A stretch of DNA of 64,000 nucleotides from Balanoglossus misakiensis. Its lineage: Eukaryota > Animalia > Hemichordata. This document shows, piece by piece, positions 13,401 through 28,400 of this stretch (within the stretch, counting starts at the first letter, position 1; each line of letters begins with the position of its first letter). The notes under the pieces are model-generated. The model had not been told where the DNA came from. It searched no databases and saw nothing but the letters and a program-made list of their open reading frames with translations. Location of the stretch: positions 8,643,846 to 8,707,845 of the forward strand of contig CM082577.2 in NCBI GenBank assembly GCA_040954595.2, written 5' to 3'. The position numbers and the translations under genes were made by a program.

Positions 13401-16400
13401 CTTCTGAGGAACCGAGCTCCCAGCACGTGTTTGCCATTTCCCCTGTTGGATGGTTTCAATAATACATCATCCATGAGGCTGGCAGTTCTGAAAACACATC
13501 TGAAGAAACTCAAAGAAACGGGTAAATAGATAGGAATTATGAATACAAAGTAGATCTGAGATATTAGCTTTCTAGGTTGTAGCTATGGGCACTGTACCCT
13601 CACTGGTGCTGTAGAAAAACCTGTAACTTAATAATTGACATTTATAATGGCAATATTGAGAATTGGCTTTCTCCAAGTATCTTAAGACCTGGGTGTGATG
13701 ATCATTGTAGTAACCCTGTAAATAAATGGCGATCTAACTGTGGACCTTTTCTTCAGCCCATGAGAAGCAAGAAACCGCAATCAGCAGTGGTGAAGAAGTG
13801 AAAGTCATCCACAAGTGTTACAGATCGGTGGAGGCTTCTACGAACAAAGGAGATGTCTCCAGGTATTGTCTGATCACATCTTTCCATCCGTTGTACACAA
13901 TGTGTGCTGAGAAGTGGTGGATTTTGGTGTCTGCAGTGTCCAAAATGTTACTTGTGTGACGAGATTCTTGAATATATATCACATAAATTCAGTGTTTTTG
14001 GAGCTACAGTGTGTACACAGCACACTTGTGTCATACTCATAATTAACTCTTGTAATGTGTAGGATCAACTTTTTTGTTGGTCTGAAAGGTGGTATACATG
14101 TACATTTGGCCATCACATGTACAAGAATGCTAATATCAGCGTAAATCCACTAACACTGATGTCACCTTGCATTGTTGTGTTTTCAAGCAGGCTGTACAAC
14201 GCGGACCCTGGATCGTACTGGCAGTCGGATGGTTCCGCCAGGTCGCACTGGATCAGACTGCGCATGAAAAACAACGTGGTTCTCAAACAGCTGTCCATCA
14301 ACGTGGCCAGCAGCGACCAGAGCTACATGCCTCAGCTGGTGTCTGTAGCCGTCGGCAAAGTTTCCGGCTCCTTGCAAGAAATCAAAGAAGTCAGGATACC
14401 TTGGTAAGGAAAAGAAATACTATAATGGAGAGAATTTGTCCAGGTGGTGAGAGGTTGATTTGGTCAGAGCCTTGGAAAGATAACCAATGCCCAAATATAA
14501 TTAAAAGGACAAAGTTGCTAACTATTTACATTACTTTGGTTATTTTTTTTATCTGATGATGGGGTGTTGATGTTGTTCTATTTCCTGAAACATGAACATC
14601 TGCCGTGGGTGTGTTTCTATGACAACATGCAGACGGTGTTCATCTTTATAGAGGAGTTGATAAATGCCAACTAAAATATTGACATTTAAAGTTCCAGGTT
14701 ATAGTCAAAGGTTAAATTTTTACCATATTTGTTGTCTAGCAATGTTACTGGTGACGTGATCCTGCTTGAAAATGCCAAACTGACGTATCCATATGTTCAA
14801 ATAAACATCAAACGTTGCCATAGTGATGGATGTGATACAAGAATTCATGGTTTCAAGACCCTTGGATACAAGTGAGTATCTCTGAAAAATGGCTTGAGAA
14901 TGGCTTCTTGCATTCACAAAAATGTGTGTTGCAATTACCCATCATGCAATCTTGTACATACAGTCTAACCTGTGTCAGTGGCGACCTCTATATAGTGGCT
15001 GTCTATAAAGGCCTCCTACTTATAAAGGGCAATTTAGGAAAGTCCCTTGACTGGCCACTATAGACATGTTCAACTGTACAATGTATTGGTTTCACATAGT
15101 GTGTTTACAAGGTATAAAACTGAAATCCCCTGATTTTTTTTTTCTCTCCCCCCCCCCTCCCCCTTCTCCCCTCCTCCCCTGTGTAGGATGGTGCAGAGTG
15201 GAGGCATCAGTGTGGGTGACGCATCAGCAGTCTGGTATCTCTCTGTCTTGGCGTCCACGGCAACAGCTGCCATCCCAGCAGCTCCACAGTTGCGGTCAGC
15301 CATCATACTGCATACAAAGTAAGTTACCATAATGGCATACTTAGAGTTTTTGCTGAATTTTAGAATGAAGTTGAGGTCAATCATTGATTTATATAAATAA
15401 TGATATACAGATCTGTGTGAAAGGTTGATGCTGACAAACGTTATTTTGGAGTACATGTAATTAGTCAGGATTATCCTCTAAAATGCAATACTTTGAGAAA
15501 TCATGAAATAAGTGGTATCACTATCAATTACCAGTTTATCCAATTGATGACACATGCAACACTATTTGACATGATTATGGTGCAGTTTAATACTCCCAAG
15601 AAGAAGCATATTCACGACACATGTTAAAGCTATGGAGAGTACCATTCAATAGACACCATCTTGTTGGGAGCAGTAAACCGAATTAAATCCAGCCCAATAA
15701 TTCATATATATTAATCTAGGCTAGGCTAGCAGCAGCTGGATGGCTATAAAAATTCATATACTATCATATTATAAAGATTACCCTAGATGTGCTAATGACA
15801 ATATTTTATTAAATCATACAAAGACTACATACACAGGCTGTACCCATTTTAGGCAGATGCAAGATTATTGTTATCCCACAGTGTTGACCCATGACCTTAG
15901 CAACTCATAGGGCTTGTCCACTCATAGACTCTCTCACAGCCCACGGTTTGCTACAAGGCTCTTCACTGACGCGCCCTCAACCGTTTAGCAAAGGAGAAAG
16001 TGTGACCATAAGCCTGCATGGACAGCGAGAGGGAGAGAGTCTAGTCCACTCACTTCCGAAGAAATGCAATTTTCATGTCAGGGTTTTTAAAGTTTTATGA
16101 CCTGACAAAGTTCAGGCTGTACCTAACCCAAACACTCTCTTTCACATGACCACAGGTCTGCTTTGTCCCACATGCCACCCTTGTCTCTGTCGTTGGCATC
16201 GTCTGAGAGACCGTCGTTCCTGACACCTCCTGTGCTGGATGAAATTGAGAGGTTCCTGCACACAGTGTCACTGTAAGTCATGTTGCATTCTGACAGATTG
16301 AAGTTACTGCAGTATTTACCCAAACAAATTTAGGTGGGGAACAGTATCTATAGGCAGTAACATCCATGTAACAAAGTCATACAGACTTGGTATGCAAGGC

Positions 16401-19400
16401 CAGGTGTTGAAAAAGATTAAGCAATCCTGCTCCATTTCTTGTTTTTGCAGAGAATATCAACCGAATGTGCTGTAGTAACCCTTTCACCCCTATTTCCCTG
16501 TATAGAGGTCCAACTTGACCATAGAAAACAATGGGTTTGTTCTTGAGTATGGTTGTGAAAGGGTTAATACTTGACTTGCTCACTGATCTGAAGCTGGATC
16601 CTTCATCACTTGCAAAGACAATGTATGAACATGATAATTTTTCCTGTTACAGAGATTTGGATGGCAAAGTGACTCCGGAAGGTCTCCATGTTCTACTGGC
16701 ATTTTCTCTGGCCAGGGGCCATGTGCCAAGTCTGCTGAAGTCACTTCATTACATGCAAGGTATGGTTCCAATAATTTGACCTGCCCTAAATTTTACCTAC
16801 CGACCCTAAAAAATTTGAGCAGAGAAAGTCAAGATTATATCAGAATGAACACAAAAGTAACATGAAATTGTGAGGTCTATAGCATGAAAGGTGTTACAAT
16901 GATATCATTGTCTAAAAGATAGAAAAGCATCTTATCATGAATAAGTCTGATGTTTTCAGATGAACTCTCAAGCCAGTTGCTGTAAATTTGAGCTTTTCTT
17001 CTTGGCAAATGTAACATACATGAAAATGTATTATGACCGCCATACTGCAATTCATTTCTGGTTGTTTTGACGGTATTGCTCCTTCATTGCTTCTCAGAGA
17101 ATCCAGGTATCCCTTTAGAAGCTGCACATTTGTTGCGATCACTCAACACTGTCAGAGAATTGATTCTCAAGAAACATGGTAAGATTGAACAATTTCATCA
17201 GAAAAAAATTCTTGAAGACAATGCTAGTGAACACTTAACCAAAATAATGCAAGTGCGAATAGTGCAATATGCATCAGATACAGAGGTTTGCAATTTTAAA
17301 ACTTTGACTAAATGGTTGTATTTTGATGTGTAGTTTGTGATTTTCTTTCTGAGATCGTGAAATGAACATTGCTTGGTGATATTTGCAGGTGGTGTTGTCC
17401 ATCTGTCTCTTTGTGGCTGTGATGGTGGACAGAGAGATTCGAACACCGTGCCCGGTAATGTCCTCACGGATAACTGGACAACAGAAGGTGAGAATTCCAC
17501 AATGCTTTGGCCGAAGTGCTTGTCAGATACGTTTTTCACATTCTCTAATTACAGGGAGAACAGTGACAGATAGCAGTAAAATACTATCTGCTGTAGACAT
17601 TATTACAGTTTATCATATTTGTGATTACGTCGTTTGGTACTTGCCTTGCCACCAGCCGTTGTTTCAGATGTGTAATCGAGTGTGTGTGCAATATTCTATG
17701 AATGAGATTGAAAAAAAAAAACACCGCCTGAATTAATGTACGACATTCACCTATTAACTTTTTTTTACTTCAGCATACCTGTCAGCCAATGGTAAGCTTA
17801 AAATGACCATGGTCTTCACTAGCAGAGACTCAGACATGATGCAGATCACCAGGGCCAGAATCAAAGTGAGTTTCCTTAAACAACACAGAAGTCTACATTG
17901 CTTGCCATTATATTCTTATTAAGTCCTGTATTTGTGTCTCTGTTCATATGATTGTGCATCCAAACCAATATCATTCAAACTTGGTATGAAGAGAATGTAC
18001 TATGATTATGAGTACATGTATGAGGTACAAATGCACATGCATTTGTTTTGTAATATGACCCGCTATGATTTTCATGATTTTATCTGTACACCATTGCAGG
18101 TATACAAAGGTGGCATTGGTCCAAAGAATGGACTTATCTTCATCTACAATGACACGTAAGTTTCACAACCTCCATCACCCTGGATAGTAATATTATAACC
18201 ATGATACCCAAAATCCCAACATTTATATTGCCCAGTCTAATAAAACAGGTTACCAGGATATTTTAATAACTTTAATGGTTGCAATGATTGACTGACTTGT
18301 CATTTCAGGGAGGAATTCGACATGGAGAAACACATGGAAAGATTCAAGGCATACGACTCTTGGACCGCTTCTGAATATAACTTTCTACAGAAAATGAGGT
18401 AAGGAAAGAGACTTATTTTGAATATACTGAAAATGTATCATCTTAGATTGTTTTAGTTCAAAGTTCAGAAGTATTCTGCAATTTTTGGAAAGTTTTAATT
18501 TTTACGTAATTTTCAAGATTTGTTTTCATAATAAAGCACTAATAACATAAAATTGGTGAAACAAAGTCACATGATATACTTACATGTAGACATTGTGCTT
18601 GTGCATGTGTTTCATGCATTCTTTGTCACAATTGTCTTGTATGTTTTCAGGTCTGCATCAATTATTGACAAATCGGACAATCCAGTTGCATTCTTTACTT
18701 TGGAAGAGGACTGGTGAGTTTTTTTTTACATTTTTTTTTTGCATTGGGAAAACAAAGACTATTGTCGACCAATTTTATAATTCATCAAAAGCAAGAACAG
18801 TCAACAAATACTGAACCAAAACTTCTTTTGTCCAAACCGTAAACCTAATAATGGCTATTTTCCCAATAGATGTACATAATACTTGACTGTTCTTGTGTTG
18901 CTTGTGAACAAAACAGAAATTTGTATTAAACAGCCTAGAGTTAAATTTAACATTTTTTGTACTCTTCACTTTTGCGTCAAGGGATGAAATTGATATTCCC
19001 ATGGATACCTGTCAGACGGGCAAGTACATCCTCATCAAATTCCTGGGCCCGAGAAGTGACACAGCTGAGCGCCTGGGAGTTCTCGGAATCAAGCTGTACG
19101 GCTACCACAGAAGTAGTGCTCCAATCGACAATGTCAACTTGGTAAGCGTTTCACGTGTCTTCTGAAGTCCTAAAGCTGCCAGACCTGCTCAAGGAAAAAA
19201 TGAATTAATTGCAGTTTTGTTGATTGAGTGAAAATTGCATGGTATACGAAGAATGTGTGAAGTTAGTGGAGACATGTTTGTCAGTGTTAAAATGCTGACG
19301 TGGAAATTATATATAAAAGTACTTTTCACCTGGCTTCTTATCCTGTCTACCAAGCAGTAAAGAAATAAAAATTCTGTCACCTTGGTTTAATAATAAGGAC

Positions 19401-22400
19401 AGTCATCGTCATTACAAAGTGTTTTAATGCCCATAAGACAGCAATGTGTGTTATGGACCTCTCGTACATGATATAAATAACAAACAGTAAATGCTAGCTA
19501 GAACTGGAATGAGTTTCGTATTCTTCTCCGTCTTTTAACAGAATACAGTTGCTCCCATGCCAGACAAGGTGGATGGTCTCATCAACTGTGACATTTTGTT
19601 TCTGAGGATTTTGCAGTTCATCGTGGACATGGGTAAAGACCTGGTAAGGAATACGACATTTTGGTTGTGAATTTCAGAGGGTTACTTTTGCTGAATGGTC
19701 AGTTTTACAAACTGACACACATATACACCCTATGCACTTATGCACATGTGCACACACATGCACACACACATCACAAATATCCGTTGGTGTCCGTCCTATC
19801 TTAAAGGTATACGGTTACCTCAGAATTCTATCAAAAATCCACAAAGATATAAACAATCTAGAAGAAGCTCATTTTCTTACCTGAAAACAGTAACTCAGTT
19901 CATTAGCAGTATAATGTCATTCTTTATTTGGGAACTGTTAAGGAAAACTATTTCAGTTTCCTTTGTATTGTCAAAGTAATATAACATTTTGCTAGTCGGC
20001 TAATACTAAGTAATATCGACTCAGCTAATCACATACATTGACATTTGCAATTAATGGTGATCTTGGATATTAACTTGGTATGCATGTTGCTCCTATGCGG
20101 GAATTTCGGTGCTTTGCTTGTCTTTTGTAACATTTTCTCCCTCTCATTTCTGTGAATGTGTCTCTGTACGTGCCGTCTGTTCTGTCCTGTTTCTTTCTTT
20201 TTTTTCCCCCCGTTTTCGTTCTGCACTTCTTTTTTTTTCCAAAACAAAAATTGCTGTGTTGCCTGCACTGTGCCAAGTGTGTCCGTTCAAGTCCCTATGA
20301 GTCACAAGATAATAAGGTCAGTGTCCGTCACCCCTCTCCCAGGACCCCGCTCACCCCTACAATCCCTGTAAACATGGTGCGACCCGCGTGCATGTCATGA
20401 ATTCTGTCCACTGCGCAAGAAAATCGCACTGTAGTCTAGGACTGTCCTGTTTTTGTGTTGTGATATCTGGTGGGCCATACCATCTTTATAGGGAATGTAG
20501 AATGAAAATGAAATGCGACAGAACTTTCTTTGTGTGTTTCCATCAAATACAAATATGTGTATTGAATGCATTATGATCTTCAGTATACACTCTGTCTGTT
20601 ATAAAAAAAGTACCCTGTTGGAAAAATAGACATGATATTTGATGATGAACACACAAGTTGGTTCTGCCTCTTTCTGTGCATGCCACAACCCCATCCTTTT
20701 GCAGAATGAACACGATCAGTAATATTGAAATCACTGCATTCATGCTCGTTCATTTGCATCAAACATTAACAAGGTGCTGCTTGTCACCAAATTTCCAATT
20801 TCCATGGTTTTAAATTAAAACAAACTCATATGAGTATTCAAATCCCAGTTTGGCAGTTTAGAAGCGTTTGACAAGGAGTTGAAAGTTGCCATGCCGTTGA
20901 CCTACTTGTGAAGCCTCAGTCCTTTCCATACAGTTTTTCGGTACCCCATGCAGTGAGTACTTTCCGGCAAGAAAAAAACAGAGGCCAGTACCATGAGAAG
21001 TATAAAAACCTAAGTTACTTTCTTGTGATTGATTCTTCAGGAGGAAGTTCAACAGAAGAAAGATAAACAGTTGAAGGGGACAAGTCTGGACCTCAGTGGT
21101 GTCAGCATGAGTATACTGGCCAAACTCTACTCGGAAACACCAACAGGGTAAGCACTGATTTCACAGGATATCACACAGTGATACCAGTACCTGTGAAGAA
21201 CGGTGGAGTGTAACAGTGTATTGTGAAATTGCAGAATTGGAAAAAGTTGATCATTAAAATATGCATATACTTGGAAATGGGTCCTTTTCATTTTACATGT
21301 TTGGATATAACATGAGAGTACTACCGAGAAATATTGTTGACATGTTTGAACTAGGGTTGTCCCAACTGCACCTGTGATTGTTAACCCTTTCACCACAATG
21401 GTTGTGTCCAAACCCGTTGTTTTCTATGGTACGGTTGGACCTCTACATAGGCAACTGGGGGTGAAAGGGTTAAAATAGAAGTCATGCACTCCTCACATAG
21501 TGGATTTCCATATTTCTCTGCCATCTTATGAGTTTTTGTGTCTTCCCTCGGCAGAGACCATAAATGGATGTATGCCAGAGTACTGACCCTGAAACTGGTC
21601 CATCTGTGCCTGCCACAGCTGGTCCGAGAGATAGAAAGAGCCAACGAGATCCTTGCCAGTGACCCTACCAAGGTCAAGGTCAGTGTAACCACAATTTCAC
21701 AATTCAGCGAAATAAAGTGTCCGAATTACAGTCGAGAAAATCTCTCTTCTGCATTCTAGCTACTTTGCCAGCCCAACTTGAAAGTAGCCCAACCTGACAG
21801 CAAAATTATTCCTGCTGATTTTTTTTTCTCTCCTCAAATAGGAATCTGACCGGCGCCAAGCAGAGAATGAACTGGAATGCGCTGCCAAGATGTTCATTGT
21901 TATACGTGACATCGTTGATGACGCAATGGACACGGATGATTCACCCGTGTGTCTTCTCATGGAGGCTGCAAAGAATGCTATACTTGATGGTAAGTTGGTT
22001 CTGGTCTTGTTCTTTGACAAAACAAGACAAACCCATTGTATCATGCGCACGAAACTACAGCAATACTAAGAGATAGGTCATTGTGTTGTAATATTGTTAT
22101 GGTCAAATTCTTTCATATGACGTTATTTACACTTTCTGCTTTCTGAAACACGCTGAATTGTCAGTTGTTAGAATACTGCATACACCAGGTGTACAGAAAT
22201 AATATGCAAATGATTTGATGACACAATTATTTTTTTGTACATTGTAATCAAAGAAGAATTTCTCTTTCACACTTACAGGTGCTGCTGTTTTCTTTCCGAA
22301 CAAAGAAACAAGGAGACAGGAATTATTCAACATGATGCAGTATGTCATGGTGAGTCAGTGTCATCCTCTCAGTGTTCTTCCTAGGAATATCTGATACACA

Positions 22401-25400
22401 GCACATACAAATTATTTTGTGTTTGTTTCCTCCAAATGTGACCCATACCCATTAATTGCGTTTCACTTACACAGTAGACATGATGATGTTTCCCTCATAC
22501 TGTCTTAGACTGATTGTTAAGGTCAGAGAGATTTGTTTGTACTATTGTTGTAACATTTAGTTTTTGTGTAAATCTTTTTTATTTCAGAATCCCCAAGAGA
22601 CATCAGCTTTTCTGACATTCCGATCGCTGTGTCGGTATTACAGTAGTGTGGATCCAAGTGGGTTGCTGGCATTGCCATCCTCTCCACCAAAGGTCAGTAT
22701 TAAACTTTCATTCATTTCAGTGTGCCTGGTATATATAGGTAAGAGCTGCTTCAGTGTCATTAAAGTTTTCACACTCGAAACCTCATCTATGTGTTTTCTC
22801 ACTACAGGAGGATTTTGACATAGAACCAGTGTTGTCGGTGATGGAAACTCTACTGTCTGTTGCCTACAGAGAGGTGTGTACCAATTAATTAGTTCTAATA
22901 TGATCTACTGTAAAATCCGAAGCAGTGTTAATCCCAAAAGCTGATGATACACACACATACACACACACGCATGCATGCATGCACGCACTAATACACACAC
23001 ACACGCGTGTCAAATTTAATGATGGCCGTAAAAGAGAGTCAAAATCTCACAGTGCATGATGTTTGATATCTCCTCTTTTCAGTGCGAGGCCATCCTGGCT
23101 GGGCAGGAGCTGAAAGACATGTCGTCCAACTTGGTACAGCTGTTGTGCGCCCTTCAAACCAGTCTGATATCCTGGTGTTACGAGCAGTTGCAGTCGGAAA
23201 ACCCAACACACAAACAACCAGCCATTGCCATGGTGCTTAGGTGTAAGTCACAAAGCTCTTTTAGTCAGCCTTTGATTTGAAATCTGCTAGGTATTTGTGA
23301 ACTAGTCTGTGACCTGATTCAAGAACTTGTGTTGAATCGGTGTTACAACTTCGAGAATTACCAAAACAAATATGCTGATGTTTTGAACACCATTGTTGTA
23401 TTATTTCTTGCTTAGATGCAACGATGCAGGGTGAGAAGGCTTGTGCAATTTTGGACGCCCTGCACAAGAAAGAAGATAAAGAGTCATTCCTAAAAGCACT
23501 GGAGAAGTCCTTCTTAGCTACCGCCCTCAGACAGATGGTGAGTGAAGCCCTTTCTTTTTTATTCACAGCATTGCAGCGTTAAATATGCAGTCATTATGTT
23601 AGATATAAAAAACATATGATCTAAAGTAAGATCTGGGCAGTATATAGGTCTGAGTGGGTGAAGTGTTTTCACATGAACTGTATGATTTAGAAGCACTTTG
23701 ATGTTTTCTGCACGCATTCTTTAACTCGATTATTTTTTTTCCAGATTTTATCACTGTCACTACTCAGTGAGCATAACCTACCCAGTATATCATTACTGAG
23801 GAACTTGCAACCTGTGGCTGAAAAATTGAGGACTCTGGCACCAGACATGCCAACAGTATTTCACAATGTAAGTAACAATTTGGTAATCTGTGCTTGACTT
23901 AACAATGTATATTTTCTAATCAAGCAATGGGCACAAAATATTAAGCTAGCCTTCTCCCCCGCATTCAACACCATGGTTTAGTCCAAATCCATTGTTTTCT
24001 ATGGTAAAGTTAGACCTCTGAAAGAGAAACAGAGGTGATATTATTTTAAAGACTACTGAAAATATGGTACACAAAGTTTAATCATTTTGAGTAAGAATCA
24101 TACGGTCAACAGATTCCAGATGGTGTTGCAGTATAACCACTTCCGTGTTTTCCGTTTCCCGTCCAGGTGGAGAGCGAAGCTTGGAGCAGTGTCAACCAGG
24201 ATGACGTCACGTTACGAGTCTGGAATGTGGAGTCGTCGCATAATTACGAAAACAATTTACATATCACTCAGATTTTCTTCTGCCCCGGTGCAACTCTGTT
24301 CAATGTGGAGTTTGACTCCAGATGCGAGACAGAGAAACGGTGAGTGGATCGTATTGTACTCAATGCAGTACAGCTTAACCCTTTGCACTCTGACCCCCAG
24401 GTGACCTATGATGTCATGCTGAAGTTTCCTTCTGAGCCAGGATCAAGAATTCGTTGATGCAACTATCAGTCTCACTTCAGTCTATAACAAATGTTATTTA
24501 TCCATAATATTTCAGTGTAGCAATAGGCCTACTCTGGAATAAAATGTGGTGTGCAAACTTTTACTCTCCCTCGCTTTGATAGTTTTCATTCATTCATTCA
24601 TTCATTCATTCATTCATTCATTCATTCATTCATTCATTCATTCATTCATTTATTCAACTGTCTTTTCTCTCTCCTAGATATGACTACATCGAGTTCACTG
24701 ACGCTAGAGGGGCCAAGCAGAGATTTGACCAGAAAGTTGGCAGTGAGAAATGGCCCAAGACCATCACCTTCAAGGCAGGGCCTAGACTACAGTTCCTGTT
24801 CCATTCTGACAGCAGTAACAATGAGTGGGGCTATAAGTTCACAGTAAGTACAACCAAGGTCAAAGAGAGTCATTGTAGATCATGGAGCTATATAGTCAGA
24901 TTAATGCCTGTGTTTATGTGAAATGGCATTTGGGTTTTCAACAAGTGGGTGCTTTCTCTAGTCTCCAAGAAAAATCAATCAGAAATCGATTTCATTTCGT
25001 ATTGCAGGTAACAGCCAAAGGATGCCCCGATGTTTCTCTCTCCTGGCTTTTTGATCTACAGCTGGGGCTGTCCAAGTTGTTTGGCAAACTGTGTGCATCT
25101 GTCATGGACTTCAGACAAGGTACACCTGTGCTATTGTGTATATTTCCGACTTTCAAAAAGTTTCTGATAGAGAAGACTTTCCAAAGTGTCGTTGTTTTGT
25201 TCACAAGTCTAAAATAATTAAATAGTTACTATTCCAGATCTGCATAAATATAAAAGGTTGGTGAAAATTAGTACACGCTTCTCATAATATCACTTAGACT
25301 GGTAAAAGAAAGTATTGTAGATAATTATCAATCAGTCTTTGTCTTAAAAACCAGTGACCACTTTGTCCTTTGCAGCGATAACTAAGACTGCCAGTACGGA

Positions 25401-28400
25401 CAAGTCGGAAACCAGTGACAACCAGGAGAACACTGAAGCATCCATTCTAAGAAGTGACATTTGGAGTACCCTGTTCAGGGGCGGTTACATGGTTGGAAAA
25501 TTGACAAGATCGTTGTCTGGCCTCTTTGTAAGTTTCAGATTCATTTCTCAGGTTGAAATTGAGTCAAATATTTTATATTTGTGTGGTCTATCGTAATTAT
25601 GAACTCTTTCTACTTTTTACTTCTGTAGAGCGCCAACCCTTCAGACTCTGTTGTGAACAGTTTCCTCAGCAGTGTTGCCTGTGGAGAACCTGGCATGGCT
25701 ACTGAGTTCCTCAACAAGTGAGTTTGCCCTTTGCACCCCGACCCCTGATGACCTGTGATGTCATTTGGGCGTATTCCTTTCAGCTGGGTTCAGGGGAGAT
25801 TAATACAGTTAATTAAAAATTATTTTATAAAAATGATGTAAATCTTAAAACAATTATAATCAGATGATAGATTGGACTCTACATAGAATTATATGTCTAT
25901 GATTTGTGTCTGATGTGATTTTGCAACAAACTCATTGCAACAATTTCGGTGAAACTACGACTGAAATTATGAATTATGATGTTCACTTTGTTATTCTGAT
26001 GTGTGTGTCATTGGTATATCCACAGGTGTCACGTACAGCGTCCAGTGCCAAGTTTTGGAGGAGCTGAAATAGACTCTGCAGTCAAAGCTGTCTTCAGCGC
26101 TCTGCTGTGGCACACTCAAGACCTCAGAGATGAAATTGAAAAATACTGTAAGTCAGTCAGTTAAGGGACTTTGCTTAACTGGCCTTAATAGACAAGTGGC
26201 CTTAAAATACAGGTCAATTAATACACAATCTTGTAAATTGCATAGGGACTGTAACAAAGTGGCCTCTATCGACAAATTTCTGTAGAGGTTGCCACAAACA
26301 CAGGTTTAATTGTATATGTATCTAACTTGATTTTCTTCAACATCTTTCAAGGTGCAACACCTGTTATCGGTTCCATTTTCTTTTTAATGTTGTTGAGTTG
26401 AGCTGTTGTTGACGGTCCGATTGTAAAATAATTAAAAAATAATTGTCCCTTTTCCACAACTGCGTCCTGATGCATCCTGGGCAATTTTTTTGCGAGTCCT
26501 ACTCACAGATGATCTTATGTTTTCTCATAATCACCCACCATTTCTGTATCTGTGCAGGCAATGCTGAAGGCCAGCTGCCCGTGGCTGATGGAATTCTACA
26601 AGCCTATGTGGTTGCTGAAAGCATGAGAACATACTTGGTAAGCAAAGTCACTGCTGTAACCCTTTGTTACTATATGGCGATGGTGACTGACATGTATTTA
26701 TTGCTTTTTATGCAGGTTGCAGTTCTATTTCTTACACTGATTTTGTCATTTGTCACACAGATTGACCTGCGTCAGAAGTTCAAACTAGCCAATGAGAAAG
26801 AAGAGAAAGACCCCAAGAAAGTGCTAGAGGACCCAGGTAAGCTTTGAGATAATTTTGCTTTCTCATTCAACATTTTGCATGGTGAGCCCCTGATCTCCAT
26901 GTAGTTCATATAGAGATTGGCAGCCATATTGAATATAAAATTTTACATGCTATTAGACACAATTAAAGACTGAATGGAAATTTCAGCACTCAATCACTCT
27001 AATGGTACCCATGTTTTGTCAGTTTGTGCATTTATGTTTCAATCACTTTCTTTCAGTGACTGTCTGTCAGGACAAAGCCATGTTCCTTTTGAAGTTTGCT
27101 GGGTTAAGCAAGCAAGAGTCAAAACAAGAGGTGAGATATGGATATATTTATAGAGAATGAATCAACGAGCCACGTCCATCATCAGAAAGAGAGAGAGCAT
27201 TCAAAAGTGGCAGATTCTCCTCACTGTGTAGTTTCAAGAATTGTTACAAAAATATATTTATCTGTGCATGGGTGAGCAAATCCTTGTCAGATCTTCTGGC
27301 TCCCAGAGGCGTCAAGCAAAACAATAAAAGGTCACTACACTCAACGTCATTTTCATCTAGCCCACCAGTTCAGGTCTGGTCAGAAGAAAAAACCACTAGC
27401 TCGGTATTAAAAAAAATTATGAGCTTTGGCTGGTGGATTTGCTCACCCCTTGTCATGTGGTACTACATGTATTTATAAACTTTTGTTTGATGTGTTCAGA
27501 GGCAGGGATTTTAGGTGTGTTTTTTCGTTTTAGGAGAAAGTGAAAAGCAAGAGGAATCTGATGAGAAGTCTGTCGTACCAGATCGGAAGAAATCGACTGC
27601 CCTCGCAGGAGTTAACTGAGAGAGACACCAATCTCAAAGTATGTCGTTCAGTGTCAAGTCAGATATGTATGGCGAATTTTGTTGCATCTTCAGTTTTGGC
27701 ATGGAGACAGTCCTTTAGAGTTGGTGTGACTTTATGATTATCAACACCATCAACATCAACGTATTTCAAAGAGCACCAGTCTTTAAAACTTACAATAAAA
27801 TACATTACTGTAGAAAATGTGCTGAATTCCCTTGAAGAAAGATACGTATGTCTTGTTTCTTGGTTTTCCAAGTAAAAATACTGAAATTGTAATTTTGTGA
27901 TGATGCTTTTGACCTTTTTAGGGTAGATACACTTTGCTCGAAGAGGAAAGCAGTTATGAGAAGTTCCCATCATTCAGACTTGTGATGGATTTCATCAAAA
28001 ATCCACTGTTGACCAGAGACAGGTGAGTTACTTTTTAGGTTTCCATTCACAGCTGAGGTTGTTGTCAAATTGTAAAATAGGAATGATAGGAAGTCCTGAT
28101 AGAATGGATGAATACTCTTAAATCTGGTGCCCCCATGCAGCTATCATGAATCTTAACTCAAAGCAAGCCAATGGAGAAATCCCATTGATGTGATTGGTCA
28201 ACTTGCCCCATTGGCCTGGCTTTGAGTTAAAATTCATAATGGCTGTGTGAGGGCGCTAGATTTTTCAAAAGGGTGCATACTGACACGTTTTCTTTTTGTT
28301 CACCAGGGTACGTCGTCTTCTAGACCAGCGATGTCACAGAGCGCAGTCACTTGCCGATGTCCTCATGTTTGCGTCGGAGTTTCTGAGAATCAGCACCGAC

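Noticed and set aside
27154-27403. Possible extra ZZEF1 exon(s) in intron 27131-27533
   Set aside because: The candidate AG/GT pairs give a frameshift (113 nt) or an impossibly short intron; the flanking exons already join in frame.
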